Below, piece after piece: positions 55,649-64,000 of a DNA stretch of 64,000 bases. The stretch spans positions 1 to 64,000 of the IMG/VR virus record IMGVR_UViG_3300032020_000845; one strand, given 5' to 3'. The position numbers were made by a program, and so were the translations under genes. The notes under the pieces were generated by a model. It ran no database searches, had not been told where the DNA came from, and saw nothing but the letters and a program-made list of their open reading frames with translations. Numbering within the stretch: the stretch's first letter is position 1; every line of letters begins with the position of its first letter. This stretch comes from a virus.

Positions 55649-55765
55649 ATGACGTGTCCAAAGTGTGGATCTAAAATGACTCAAGGTTCAAGTCACGCCG
55701 ATTATGGACATTCTCAATGGGAATGTCATAATTGTGGATATTGCGAAGTAATTACGGAGGAATAA
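55649..55765 (+). CDS. 38-aa zinc-ribbon peptide
   Basis: CPKCG ... CHNCG; RBS GGAGG. Confidence 0.55.
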   Translation: MTCPKCGSKMTQGSSHADYGHSQWECHNCGYCEVITEE

Positions 55766-55766
55766 A

Positions 55767-56078
55767 ATGAGCGTTCTTATTATGAGATATAAAAATCAAA
55801 AGGAAAAGGAATGTATAAAGATTTCTGGAGTAGACTTTGGTAGTTATTTGGAAATAGTGGAAGAAAATCGAAAATTTATTTTGTGTAAGAGATCTGGTTA
55901 CTTGGGTTGGATAGGTATAGGAATGCAACATTATTATCCGCCAAAGTTTTTATTATTTGAGAAAGAGATGGTGCAGGATACTGTGAAAGATTGTTTAGGA
56001 AGAAGTTTCAAATATAATCGAAAAACAAAAAAGCAAGTTATGAAAAAAGCTATGAAAGCTTTGAAAGAAGGAGAATAA
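55767..56078 (+). CDS. Hypothetical protein
   Basis: GGAGG RBS. Confidence 0.55.
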   Translation: MSVLIMRYKNQKEKECIKISGVDFGSYLEIVEENRKFILCKRSGYLGWIGIGMQHYYPPKFLLFEKEMVQDTVKDCLGRSFKYNRKTKKQVMKKAMKALKEGE

Positions 56079-56094
56079 ATTTAGGAGGAAATAC

Positions 56095-56625
56095 ATGAAA
56101 ATTCTATTAGTAGGATCTCACGGAACTGGAAAATCTACTTTAGCAAAAGAAATTCAAAGAGTTTTTCCACCTCCTTTTTATATTATTGATAATATTCATC
56201 GTGATGCAAAAGCGAATGGATTTGAAATAAACAAAACTGATGATGTAATTAGCCAAATAGAAACGGTTCGAAGATATCTGCGAGAAATAGGAGTAAAGGA
56301 TAATTTTGTTTCTGTAGATAGTATAATACGACAAACCGCATATGCAATATGTAATAATTTACCCGAACCTGTTATTGGTTTAATGAAAGAGTTATGCTAT
56401 GTTGAAAGAGCTTATTTTGCAAATATTATTTTCTATTTTCCAATAGATTTTTCTTTAGTGAAAGATGGTATTAGAGATGAAGATATTGAGTTTCAAAAAA
56501 AGATTGATGTTGAGATTGTAAATTTGTTGAACATTTATTATTGGAATATGTGTCATACAGTAACAGGAACAGTTTCACAACGAAGTGATAAAGTTGTTAA
56601 AATACTTGAACTTTGTAAGAGGTAG
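56095..56625 (+). CDS. P-loop nucleotide kinase-like protein (AAA_28/NadR-like)
   Basis: GSHGTGKSTL; IFYFP..F.L..DG.R..D.EFQ..ID. Confidence 0.75.
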   Translation: MKILLVGSHGTGKSTLAKEIQRVFPPPFYIIDNIHRDAKANGFEINKTDDVISQIETVRRYLREIGVKDNFVSVDSIIRQTAYAICNNLPEPVIGLMKELCYVERAYFANIIFYFPIDFSLVKDGIRDEDIEFQKKIDVEIVNLLNIYYWNMCHTVTGTVSQRSDKVVKILELCKR

Positions 56626-57444
56626 ATGCAAGTGAAAGTTTGTCATATTGTTCCAACAAGTTATATTGAAGTTTGTAATCGAAACTCCTTTATGCATCTT
56701 TTAATTGCTCAAGAAGTTTTGAACAACGAAAAATATAGAGAAGCATATTTGGATAGAAGTTTGAAAGGGGATTTTCTTATAATGGATAATGGGGCATTTG
56801 AATATGGAGATGCTGCTTCTCTTGGAGATATTATTAAAGCTACAGAATTAGTTCAAGCACGTGAATTAGTTTTACCTGATTGTTATCTTGATGGAGGAGT
56901 AACTACTGTAAGAGTTATCAACGCTTTGAAAGCATTAATGAAATATAAATTATTAGAAAAGTTTAAAGAACCAATTTATTTAATGGCTGTTCCTCAGGGA
57001 AAAACAGAAAAGGAATATATGAAATGTTTTTCGGAAATATTGTCTATTGATGAAATTGCCACTATTGGATTTTCATATGGAGCAATAGGTAAATCATTTG
57101 AAGGATATAATCTCCCTCAATGTCTTTTAAGACCAATGGCGATTAGTTACTTAAATCAACATTTTGATTTAAAAAATTCAGGCAAAGATTTTCATTGTTT
57201 AGGTATTGGAGGACATCCTATTGAGATTAACTTTTTGAAACGTTTTGGATTTATTAGAAGTGTTGATTCTTCAAAAGCATTTGTATGTGCTGTAAAAGGG
57301 ATTGATATTACTAAAGTTTTACCAGCTCATTATATCTCTCCTGAAAGACCTGCAGATTACTTTGATATTCAGGTTTCAGAAAATATTGTAACACTTGCTT
57401 TGAAAAATATAAAAACGATGGAAAAGTATAATAATGAGGAGTAA
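56626..57444 (+). CDS. TGT-fold (DpdA-like) deazaguanine transglycosylase
   Basis: MDNGAFE (cf. DSGGF), LPD, VPQG, HCLG and RSVDSS occur in TGT order. Confidence 0.65.
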   Translation: MQVKVCHIVPTSYIEVCNRNSFMHLLIAQEVLNNEKYREAYLDRSLKGDFLIMDNGAFEYGDAASLGDIIKATELVQARELVLPDCYLDGGVTTVRVINALKALMKYKLLEKFKEPIYLMAVPQGKTEKEYMKCFSEILSIDEIATIGFSYGAIGKSFEGYNLPQCLLRPMAISYLNQHFDLKNSGKDFHCLGIGGHPIEINFLKRFGFIRSVDSSKAFVCAVKGIDITKVLPAHYISPERPADYFDIQVSENIVTLALKNIKTMEKYNNEE

Positions 57445-57446
57445 AA

Positions 57447-57650
57447 ATGAGTAAAGTACAAATAGAAGCAAAACATAGACCAGCTTGTATTTATTGTGGT
57501 AAAAGAACAGATTTATTAATGTCAGCACATCGGAATGAAGTTGGTAATATGGTTGGGTGGATATTTGTGTGTGAAGAAGATTTCGAAAAGGTAGCTGGTC
57601 AAGATATAGTTATTGAATTTAATAAAGATAAGGGAACAAGAGTAGTGTAA
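57447..57650 (+). CDS. Small Cys-containing hypothetical protein
   Basis: CIYCG ... VCEED. Confidence 0.55.
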   Translation: MSKVQIEAKHRPACIYCGKRTDLLMSAHRNEVGNMVGWIFVCEEDFEKVAGQDIVIEFNKDKGTRVV

Positions 57651-57671
57651 AGTAAATATTAGGAGATAAAA

Positions 57672-58706
57672 ATGACAAAAAAAGGGAAAAGTGAAATTCC
57701 TACTGATCCAAATGAATTTAAGGAATATATCAGAAAAAAGTATAAAGATAAAATAAGAAACTTAGAATCTACTAGTAAAACGGAAAAAGCTTATTCTACT
57801 GGAATTATTACTGTTGACATTGCTTCTGGTATTGGAGGATTTCCTCGGGGTAATATGATTGAAATTTTTGGTCCTGAAAGTAGTGGTAAAAGTCTTTTAG
57901 TTTTACAAGCAATGGGACACGCCCAAAAGAAATATAATAAACCTTCAGTTTATTTTGACCTTGAATATGGAACTCCGAAAGAGTGGATGAAAATTTATGG
58001 TATAAATACAGATATGATTGAAGCAGTTGGTCAAGTAAGCGCTGAAGAAGCTTTTGATATGGCGTTAGACTTCGTTTGTAGCGGCTTGTATGCCTATGTA
58101 GTCATTGATTCTGTTGTAGGATTAGTTCCCCAAGCAGAAATTGAAGGGACAATGGAAGATCAACAAATGGCTGCTCTTGCTCGTATAATGGGTAAAGGGT
58201 TACGGAAAATTGCTCCAGAATTGAATAAGACAGAAACTTGTTTAATTTTTGTGAATCAAGTAAGAGATGCTGTTGGAGTTATGTGGGGAGATCCAGAAAA
58301 AACTCCTGGTGGCAGAGCTTTAAAATTTTATGCTGCTCAACGATATAAAGTCAAAAAGATTTTGAAGTCGGATGTGAAAACTGGAGATTTACTTATTGGA
58401 CATAGTATTGATGTATGTGTTGTTAAAAATAAATTAGCTCCTCCAAAAAGACGTGGACAGTTTCCTATTCTTTATGAAAAAGGAGTTGACTTTGAATTAT
58501 TGCTTTTCGAAGAGGGTATTGGTAAAGGAGTAATACGTAGAGCCGGAAATAAGTATTCTCTTGTTGCAGATGAAAAGGTTAATGCAAATAGTAAAGATGC
58601 TTTTATTGAATTATTAAAGGATCCGGTGATGTATGATTTGGTGTATAATAAGATCTGGGAAAAGAGAAACGATATATTACAACAAAAGGATGTGGAGGAT
58701 TTTTAA
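57672..58706 (+). CDS. recA: RecA recombinase
   Basis: GIGGFPRG, EIFGPESSGKS, VIDSV, ARIM, FVNQVR, TPGGRALKFYA, VKNKLAPP. Confidence 0.95.
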   Translation: MTKKGKSEIPTDPNEFKEYIRKKYKDKIRNLESTSKTEKAYSTGIITVDIASGIGGFPRGNMIEIFGPESSGKSLLVLQAMGHAQKKYNKPSVYFDLEYGTPKEWMKIYGINTDMIEAVGQVSAEEAFDMALDFVCSGLYAYVVIDSVVGLVPQAEIEGTMEDQQMAALARIMGKGLRKIAPELNKTETCLIFVNQVRDAVGVMWGDPEKTPGGRALKFYAAQRYKVKKILKSDVKTGDLLIGHSIDVCVVKNKLAPPKRRGQFPILYEKGVDFELLLFEEGIGKGVIRRAGNKYSLVADEKVNANSKDAFIELLKDPVMYDLVYNKIWEKRNDILQQKDVEDF

Positions 58707-58708
58707 AT

Positions 58709-58987
58709 ATGAATAATTCAGTTCCTAATACTCAGGAATTAGAAAAAATTAGTTTTAGTGGATTTGTTTTTGTGGTGAGTGTTAATATGTGGGTTGTTAG
58801 ATTTTCTTCTGAAGATGAATGGACAGCAATTCCTCGAGATGTTTTAGAACCTAACAAATACTTAGAACAAATTATATCTTTTGAGACATTGATTGGAAGA
58901 CTTTTTATATCAGGATATAGAGGAACGGCGGAAATACTTTTGAAACAAATAGAAGATAGTAAAGAAAGAGATCATTACAAAGGTTAA
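58709..58987 (+). CDS. Hypothetical protein
   Basis: GGAGG RBS. Confidence 0.55.
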   Translation: MNNSVPNTQELEKISFSGFVFVVSVNMWVVRFSSEDEWTAIPRDVLEPNKYLEQIISFETLIGRLFISGYRGTAEILLKQIEDSKERDHYKG

Positions 58988-59000
58988 AGGAGAAAGTAAA

Positions 59001-59120
59001 ATGAATTGGCCAAAAGCTTGTGCAAATATGGTTCTCATTGGTGGAGTAGTACTTGTTACTTTATTATTACATAATCCAAAATGTTTGTGGGCTCTTCTAT
59101 TTCTTATTATATGGAATTGA
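59001..59120 (+). CDS. 39-aa membrane peptide
   Basis: AAGGAG RBS; hydrophobic. Confidence 0.5.
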   Translation: MNWPKACANMVLIGGVVLVTLLLHNPKCLWALLFLIIWN

Positions 59121-59134
59121 TAAAGGAGGAACAA

Positions 59135-59524
59135 ATGTTTATTAAGAAGGATGTTACTCTTGAAAGATTAAAAGTAACTGTTCAAAAGGTGTTAACAGGA
59201 CACGTTTTAATGACTACAGAATTGGAATCATGTAGAAACGAAGTTATTAATGATTTGGTTTTTCGGTTAAAAGCAGAACTTATGGCAGAGAAATTAGAAG
59301 ATAGAAAGCAAACGGTTACTTTTGAGTTTCCGAAATCGTGGTGGCAACATTTTAAACAAGAATACTTTCCAAAATGGTTATTAAACAGATTTCCGGTTAA
59401 GCTCACATCTTGTGAGAAAACAGTTATATTTAAACGTTATGCAACTTATCCAGAACTTCCCGTAGTTTTTCCAGAGACTGGGAGAGTTGTTTTTAAAGAA
59501 TATGTAATTAAGAAGGAACAATAA
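59135..59524 (+). CDS. Hypothetical phage protein
   Basis: ATG 59135 after AAGGAGG; PKSWWQHFK..FP.W...FPV. Confidence 0.6.
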   Translation: MFIKKDVTLERLKVTVQKVLTGHVLMTTELESCRNEVINDLVFRLKAELMAEKLEDRKQTVTFEFPKSWWQHFKQEYFPKWLLNRFPVKLTSCEKTVIFKRYATYPELPVVFPETGRVVFKEYVIKKEQ

Positions 59525-59818
59525 ATGTCTTTAAAAATTGTTAAAATTACTAAAGGATATGGACGTAGAATTGGAAGTACTTTTGCTTACCAATGTTTTT
59601 GGGATTTTCTCCCAACTATATTAGAGGCGGAAATTGAAATTGATTTGGATAAAGAAGAAGATAAAGAGAAACTAAAAAAAATTAGTGCTCAATTATTTCA
59701 GGCGGCAAGAGCTCTCACAAACGCTGATATAAAAGCAACTAAAGAGAAAGATATTGAGTTTGCTAAATCTTTGGAAAAAATATTAGAAAAGGTGAATAAT
59801 GATCAAAGCACAAGTTGA
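59525..59818 (+). CDS. Hypothetical protein
   Basis: Coupled ORF. Confidence 0.55.
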   Translation: MSLKIVKITKGYGRRIGSTFAYQCFWDFLPTILEAEIEIDLDKEEDKEKLKKISAQLFQAARALTNADIKATKEKDIEFAKSLEKILEKVNNDQSTS

Positions 59819-60374
59819 AAATATTCCTTGGCTTGCAGAATTAGAAGAATTGCAAGAAAGATTTGAAAAGATATCTCCTTTAAACTATTCTGAAATAAAA
59901 GAAGAATTGGATGGTTATGTTGTTAAATTAGACCCTGATCCAAGTTCAAAAGGTTTAGACAGTTTAAATAAAAAAATAGCTGATGTTGATAGTTTTATAA
60001 GTAGGGTTGTTACTATTTTAACTAATGCAATAGCTAATGAAAATAAATTTGAATCTTTTTTTAGTGATGTAGTTGTATTTTATAATAAACATTTGAGAAT
60101 TCAGTTAAGACAAAAAGAAGTTGCAGATCTTTCGAATCAAAAGTTGCAACAAGCGGCTGCTGAAGAAAGAATAGAAGATATTGGAAGACTTAAATATGCT
60201 GTTGAGAAAACTTTAAATGATGCAAAAACACACACGAAGATATGTAAAGAGAAATTGGATAATTTAGATAAAACAAATAAAAATATTTCACGTCAAATAA
60301 CTGTGATACAAACGCAGTTAGAGGTGGGAGAAATTCAAAGAAAAGTAAGTGGAAGATTTAAAGATAGTTTTTAG
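59799..60374 (+). CDS. Coiled-coil protein (possible recombination mediator)
   Basis: All-helical pattern, located between recA and ssb; function is a guess. Confidence 0.45.
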   Translation: MIKAQVENIPWLAELEELQERFEKISPLNYSEIKEELDGYVVKLDPDPSSKGLDSLNKKIADVDSFISRVVTILTNAIANENKFESFFSDVVVFYNKHLRIQLRQKEVADLSNQKLQQAAAEERIEDIGRLKYAVEKTLNDAKTHTKICKEKLDNLDKTNKNISRQITVIQTQLEVGEIQRKVSGRFKDSF

Positions 60375-60387
60375 AAAGGAGAAAAAG

Positions 60388-60726
60388 ATGGCAGTGAAGA
60401 GTAAGAAAGAAATTAAGGAATGTATTAAGAAGTTGAAATTACTCAGAACGGGTATTCCTCATCATGATATCTTTGGAGGTGATAATTGGAAGGACATCGA
60501 TATTAAAATTGGTGTTCTTGAAAAATGTATAGAAGTCTGTTGTGATTACGATGGGATTGAAGATAAACTTCATGATAAATTAGATGAAATCGATATGGAA
60601 GGCGGAGATTGTTTTGATAGTCCGTATGTAAAAGCTTACGATTGGATCCTCGGGAATACAGATGACGAGTTAGTTTCTGATGATGATATAAAGATATTTT
60701 GTAAGAATAAGAAGAAAAAGAAATAA
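60388..60726 (+). CDS. Hypothetical protein
   Basis: AAGGAG RBS. Confidence 0.55.
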   Translation: MAVKSKKEIKECIKKLKLLRTGIPHHDIFGGDNWKDIDIKIGVLEKCIEVCCDYDGIEDKLHDKLDEIDMEGGDCFDSPYVKAYDWILGNTDDELVSDDDIKIFCKNKKKKK

Positions 60727-60738
60727 GGAGGTAATGAA

Positions 60739-60954
60739 GTGAGAAAACAAAATGGTATAGTTTATTTAATTACTTTTATAATGGGAATATTGGGACAAGT
60801 AGTATTAAGATTTGTTTCAATTTGGGTATTTTGGAATTTAGTAGTAACTAAATTGTTTAAAGTTCCCTCTTTAAACATTCTTAATATTATATTAATACTC
60901 TTTGCTTGGTTTTTAGTTTCAATAAAATTAAATATTAACTTTAAGAAAAATTAA
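60739..60954 (+). CDS. Two-TM membrane protein
   Basis: Hydrophobic segments; AAGGAGGT RBS. Confidence 0.6.
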   Translation: MRKQNGIVYLITFIMGILGQVVLRFVSIWVFWNLVVTKLFKVPSLNILNIILILFAWFLVSIKLNINFKKN

Positions 60955-60967
60955 AGGAGGTGTAATA

Positions 60968-61438
60968 ATGGTTATTAAGGGTGAAGTAGAGAAAAATGTC
61001 TGGTTAGATACCGACGGATCATTCACTGCTAAACTGATTAATGTAGAAGAAAAACAGTTTGCATTTGACCCTGCTCTTCAATTTACTTTTGAAATACTTG
61101 TTGATTCTACTAATGAAGGGAAACAAGTTACAGGGCTCACCAGTAAAAGAGTAACGCCAGACAATAAAACAGCAAAATGGATTAAGGCTCTTGATCCGAA
61201 CTTTGATCCTGAGATTGGAAGGACTTTTGATTTTGATTATCTTAAGGAAAAGGTTTGTCGCATTTTGGTTGAACAGAACAAAGAGTATTTCAATGTGGTA
61301 AAGTGTAGAGCTCTAAAGCCGGAAGAGTTAGTCATTTTAGAAAAAGTAAAGAAACCAACTCCAGCGCCTGTAGAAAAGAAAGAAGAGAAAAAGGAAAAGC
61401 CTAAAACTACTCCAGCTGATGCTGACATTGATTTTTAA
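60968..61438 (+). CDS. Putative single-stranded DNA-binding protein
   Basis: OB-like beta region, flexible P/K/E linker and acidic-aromatic tail ADADIDF. Confidence 0.65.
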   Translation: MVIKGEVEKNVWLDTDGSFTAKLINVEEKQFAFDPALQFTFEILVDSTNEGKQVTGLTSKRVTPDNKTAKWIKALDPNFDPEIGRTFDFDYLKEKVCRILVEQNKEYFNVVKCRALKPEELVILEKVKKPTPAPVEKKEEKKEKPKTTPADADIDF

Positions 61439-61448
61439 TAATGAATTT

Positions 61449-61482
61449 GGAGAGAGTAGTAATCCTACTCTCTCCTTGTTTT
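61449..61482 (+). terminator. Intrinsic terminator
   Basis: Perfect 11-bp stem ggagagagtag/ctactctctcc plus ttgtttt. Confidence 0.8.
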
Positions 61483-61486
61483 GATT

Positions 61487-62620
61487 ATGAAAATTAAAAA
61501 ATTACAAATTAAGAATTTTCAATCTCATAAAGACACAACTTTAGCATTTGATGAGGGATTGAATGTTATAGTTGGATCTACCAATACTGGAAAATCTGCT
61601 ATTTTAAGGGCTTTGAAAAAGGTGATAAGAGACACTCCAAGTGGAAATAATTTTGTGAATGTAGATGAGAAAGAATGTGTTATTAATGTTACAACCGAAA
61701 ATGATACTATAACACGTAGGATCGCCGTGTCTTCTAATGGAGATACTAAGACAAATGAGTATATTTTGAATGGTGTGCTGTTTGCTAAGTTTGGAAAAGA
61801 AGTTCCTATTGAGATTATAAATGCATTAAGAATGTCTGAAATTGATTTTGATACAATTAAATTGGATTTAAATTTTGCAGATCAACTCGAAGGTCCTTTT
61901 TTATTGACATCTCCTCCTTCTTTAAAAGCAAAAGTTTTAGGAAAGTTAACTGGCGTTGACGTTTTAGACCGTTCTATTATTCAGACAAATAAATATTTGA
62001 GACAATTGTCTGGAGAAATTAAAAATTATACTGGAGAAATACAAAAATTAGAAAAAGAGTTGTCTGAGTTTATTGATATACAAAAATGTGATGAAGAGTT
62101 AAATAATTTAAAACAGTTACTAAATAAAGTTGAACAAGATATTTTGTTGTTAGAAAAATTGCAAATTCTAAAGCTTAATTTAGATGCTGTAGTAACACAA
62201 GGTAAACGAGTTAAAAAAGATGTTGAAAAACTTGGAATAGTTGATACGATTACTTTTGATGATATTGAAAAGACTTTTGTTTTATTTCAAAAAACAAATG
62301 ATTTAAATGTTCAGATAAAGGATATTGATATTAAAGAAAAACGATTACAAATTGAGTTAGAACGTTTTCAGAGTATTCAAGAAATTGATTTTAGTGTTGT
62401 TGAATCTGTTGTGGTTCAGTTAGAAAGAACTGTTAGTTTAGAAAATGAGTTAGTAATTTTTGATGAAATAAAAACTTGTGAGAAGGGCATTGAAAATTTA
62501 AATATGCTTATCGGAACAAAAGTTAAAGAATTAAAAATGTTTTTAGAAATACTAAAAGTTTGTCCAACTTGTGGGCAAGAGTTATCCAATAATGTTATAA
62601 ATGAAATAGTAAAGGAGTAA
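61487..62620 (+). CDS. SbcC/Rad50-like ATPase, N-terminal half ending at zinc hook
   Basis: KNFQSH, GLNVIVGSTNTGKSAI, coiled coil, CPTCGQ near the C-terminus; no Walker B half. Confidence 0.8.
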   Translation: MKIKKLQIKNFQSHKDTTLAFDEGLNVIVGSTNTGKSAILRALKKVIRDTPSGNNFVNVDEKECVINVTTENDTITRRIAVSSNGDTKTNEYILNGVLFAKFGKEVPIEIINALRMSEIDFDTIKLDLNFADQLEGPFLLTSPPSLKAKVLGKLTGVDVLDRSIIQTNKYLRQLSGEIKNYTGEIQKLEKELSEFIDIQKCDEELNNLKQLLNKVEQDILLLEKLQILKLNLDAVVTQGKRVKKDVEKLGIVDTITFDDIEKTFVLFQKTNDLNVQIKDIDIKEKRLQIELERFQSIQEIDFSVVESVVVQLERTVSLENELVIFDEIKTCEKGIENLNMLIGTKVKELKMFLEILKVCPTCGQELSNNVINEIVKE

Positions 62621-62621
62621 A

Positions 62622-62993
62622 ATGAGATTCAAAAAATTATTAATTCATGAAGTTTATACTGTAGGTGCTTTGGAAAGTAGTAATTTTGAGGTGAGAACTA
62701 TTATAGGAAGAAAAAGTTTTGCAAAAAATCATTATGTTAAATATGTAAATATTATTGGAGAGTCTAAAATAATAAAATGGAAAAGTTTTCAAAAATGGAT
62801 TCATAGAAAATCAGTTAAGTGGCTAGGATTTTATAATTCTAAAAAGAAAATATTTATAACTTTAACAAAACTTGCTGAACTTATGGTAAAACCTATAACT
62901 AGATCCTTTGATTATTATAGTATGTGTAAAAATTTAGTAATAGTAATTCCTATGGAAAATCAAGAAAATGAGGTAAAAAATGAGAGAAGATAA
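62622..62993 (+). CDS. Hypothetical protein
   Basis: AAGGAG RBS. Confidence 0.5.
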   Translation: MRFKKLLIHEVYTVGALESSNFEVRTIIGRKSFAKNHYVKYVNIIGESKIIKWKSFQKWIHRKSVKWLGFYNSKKKIFITLTKLAELMVKPITRSFDYYSMCKNLVIVIPMENQENEVKNERR

Positions 62994-63204
62994 GAAAAGA
63001 AAACCAAAAAAGACTTTTACAAAGAAACGAGGATTACTTTGCATGGTTTGTAGAAGTGTAATTTGTTCTTGGGAACGTCATGATTTTCGTGCTTGTGTGT
63101 GCGGTGCAATTTTTGTTGATGGTGGCGATGACTATTTTCGGTGTGGAGGGACTGGAATAGAAAATCGTGAATATAAGGACGTAATTGTTCAATTTTTAAA
63201 GTAA
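62980..63204 (+). CDS. Small Zn-binding phage protein
   Basis: CMVC..I.S..RHDF..C.CGA..VDGG..Y.R. Confidence 0.65.
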   Translation: MREDKKRKPKKTFTKKRGLLCMVCRSVICSWERHDFRACVCGAIFVDGGDDYFRCGGTGIENREYKDVIVQFLK

Positions 63205-63222
63205 AATATAAAAGGAGTAAAA

Positions 63223-63549
63223 ATGAGAATTGAATTAAAAGAATCTGAAAAATTATATCCTTTAGGAACTGAGGATTTAGATACTACTCTTCACTTAACT
63301 ACTTGGATAGGAACCGGGACAATGAAATGGTTTTTTGCAGTTATGGTAGGAGATGCATTTTCTCGTCCTTATTGGGACGATTCTAAACGTTCAAATACAA
63401 CCCCTGTCCATAAGGTTTTAGCAATTTTTGATAATAAAGAAGAAGCAAGAAGTTTTATGTTGAATAATATACAACCAGATATTTATTTGAGTTTTGGATG
63501 GATAATAACAGACGAAAAAGAAAATGCAAATACTGTCGAAAAAAAGTAA
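63223..63549 (+). CDS. Hypothetical protein
   Basis: AAGGAG RBS. Confidence 0.5.
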   Translation: MRIELKESEKLYPLGTEDLDTTLHLTTWIGTGTMKWFFAVMVGDAFSRPYWDDSKRSNTTPVHKVLAIFDNKEEARSFMLNNIQPDIYLSFGWIITDEKENANTVEKK

Positions 63550-64000
63550 AGAAAACGTTTTTGAAAAAGCTTTGTCTTTAATTCAAGATAAAGAAAAACG
63601 AAATTGGGTTAAAAAGGTATTAACTACTTTTCCTGAGTATTTTTGGACTCAAGCAGCTAGTACTACTGGAAAATATCATCCCAATTGTGTTAATGTTAAA
63701 AGCGGTTTATTAATTCATACAAAAAGGGTAACGTGGTTTGCTCTTATATTTATTCGGGCATTTGGTCTTGAATCCTTAGATCAAGATGATATTATTGCTG
63801 CTTGCATTTTACACGATGGATGGAAAGGAGGAAAAGGATGTGGAGAAAGAACTACAAGTTATCAAAATTATTTAGATCATCCAATATTAGTTGAAAAATT
63901 TTATAGGCAATCTTTTCCGGAAGAAAAACTAGAAAATTGGCAACAAAGAATTTTTGATTTAATAAAATATCATATGGGACCTTGGACGCCAGATTTAGTA
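63524..64000 (+). CDS. HD-domain phosphohydrolase, 3'-truncated by window edge
   Basis: Translated by hand: AASTTGKYHP...GLLIHTK...ACILHDGWK...HP...HMGPW. Confidence 0.8.
   Translation, partial: MQILSKKSKENVFEKALSLIQDKEKRNWVKKVLTTFPEYFWTQAASTTGKYHPNCVNVKSGLLIHTKRVTWFALIFIRAFGLESLDQDDIIAACILHDGWKGGKGCGERTTSYQNYLDHPILVEKFYRQSFPEEKLENWQQRIFDLIKYHMGPWTPDLV

Noticed and set aside
58637-58655. gtgtataata promoter-like word inside recA
   Set aside because: Within coding sequence and lacks the downstream ATAT(A/T)AA part of the motif; may be chance.
37096-58706. Inteins or introns in DnaB, PolA or RecA
   Set aside because: Protein lengths and motif spacing are normal; no intein termini or homing-endonuclease inserts seen.
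1-64000. Minus-strand ORFs and nested alternative-frame ORFs in the ORF track
   Set aside because: All are short shadows of longer, RBS-led + strand genes and carry no recognisable motifs.
1-64000. CRISPR array, tRNA or rRNA genes
   Set aside because: No regularly spaced repeats with unique spacers; intergenic gaps are short and showed no cloverleaf or T-loop signature by eye. tRNAscan was not run.
1-64000. Stop-codon reassignment
   Set aside because: Code 11 gives full-length conserved proteins and high coding density; TAA, TAG and TGA all end genes at expected positions.

Overview
This 64-kb window is part of a large, AT-rich, contractile-tailed (myovirus-like) bacteriophage genome. Essentially all real genes are on the + strand, densely packed, with strong Shine-Dalgarno sites and the standard genetic code. 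In order it contains: (1) the end of a baseplate/tail module with three paralogous fibre-like proteins (1-5.5 kb); (2) a 22-kb cytoplasmic glycan-modification operon with about 12 glycosyltransferases, 7 SAM methyltransferases, a DegT-family sugar aminotransferase, a split cobalamin-independent methionine synthase and an MTHFR (5.6-28 kb); (3) replication and DNA-modification genes (SF2 helicase, two DNA MTases, DnaC, DnaB, a primase Zn finger, a sigma factor) among small accessory ORFs; (4) a 7-deazaguanine (preQ0) pathway, queD-folE2-queE-PRTase-queC-DUF366, with a distant TGT/DpdA-like gene and nucleotide kinase; (5) a promoter-led island of secreted and lipoprotein genes, including two dockerin-bearing lipoproteins; (6) a UDG-PolA fusion, RecA, SSB, a half-Rad50 ATPase and a truncated HD protein. 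A conserved promoter-like motif (GTGTAT-A/T-rich-TAAA) recurs six times in intergenic DNA. No tRNA, CRISPR array, integrase or transposase was seen. All calls come from motif recognition by eye; no database search was run.
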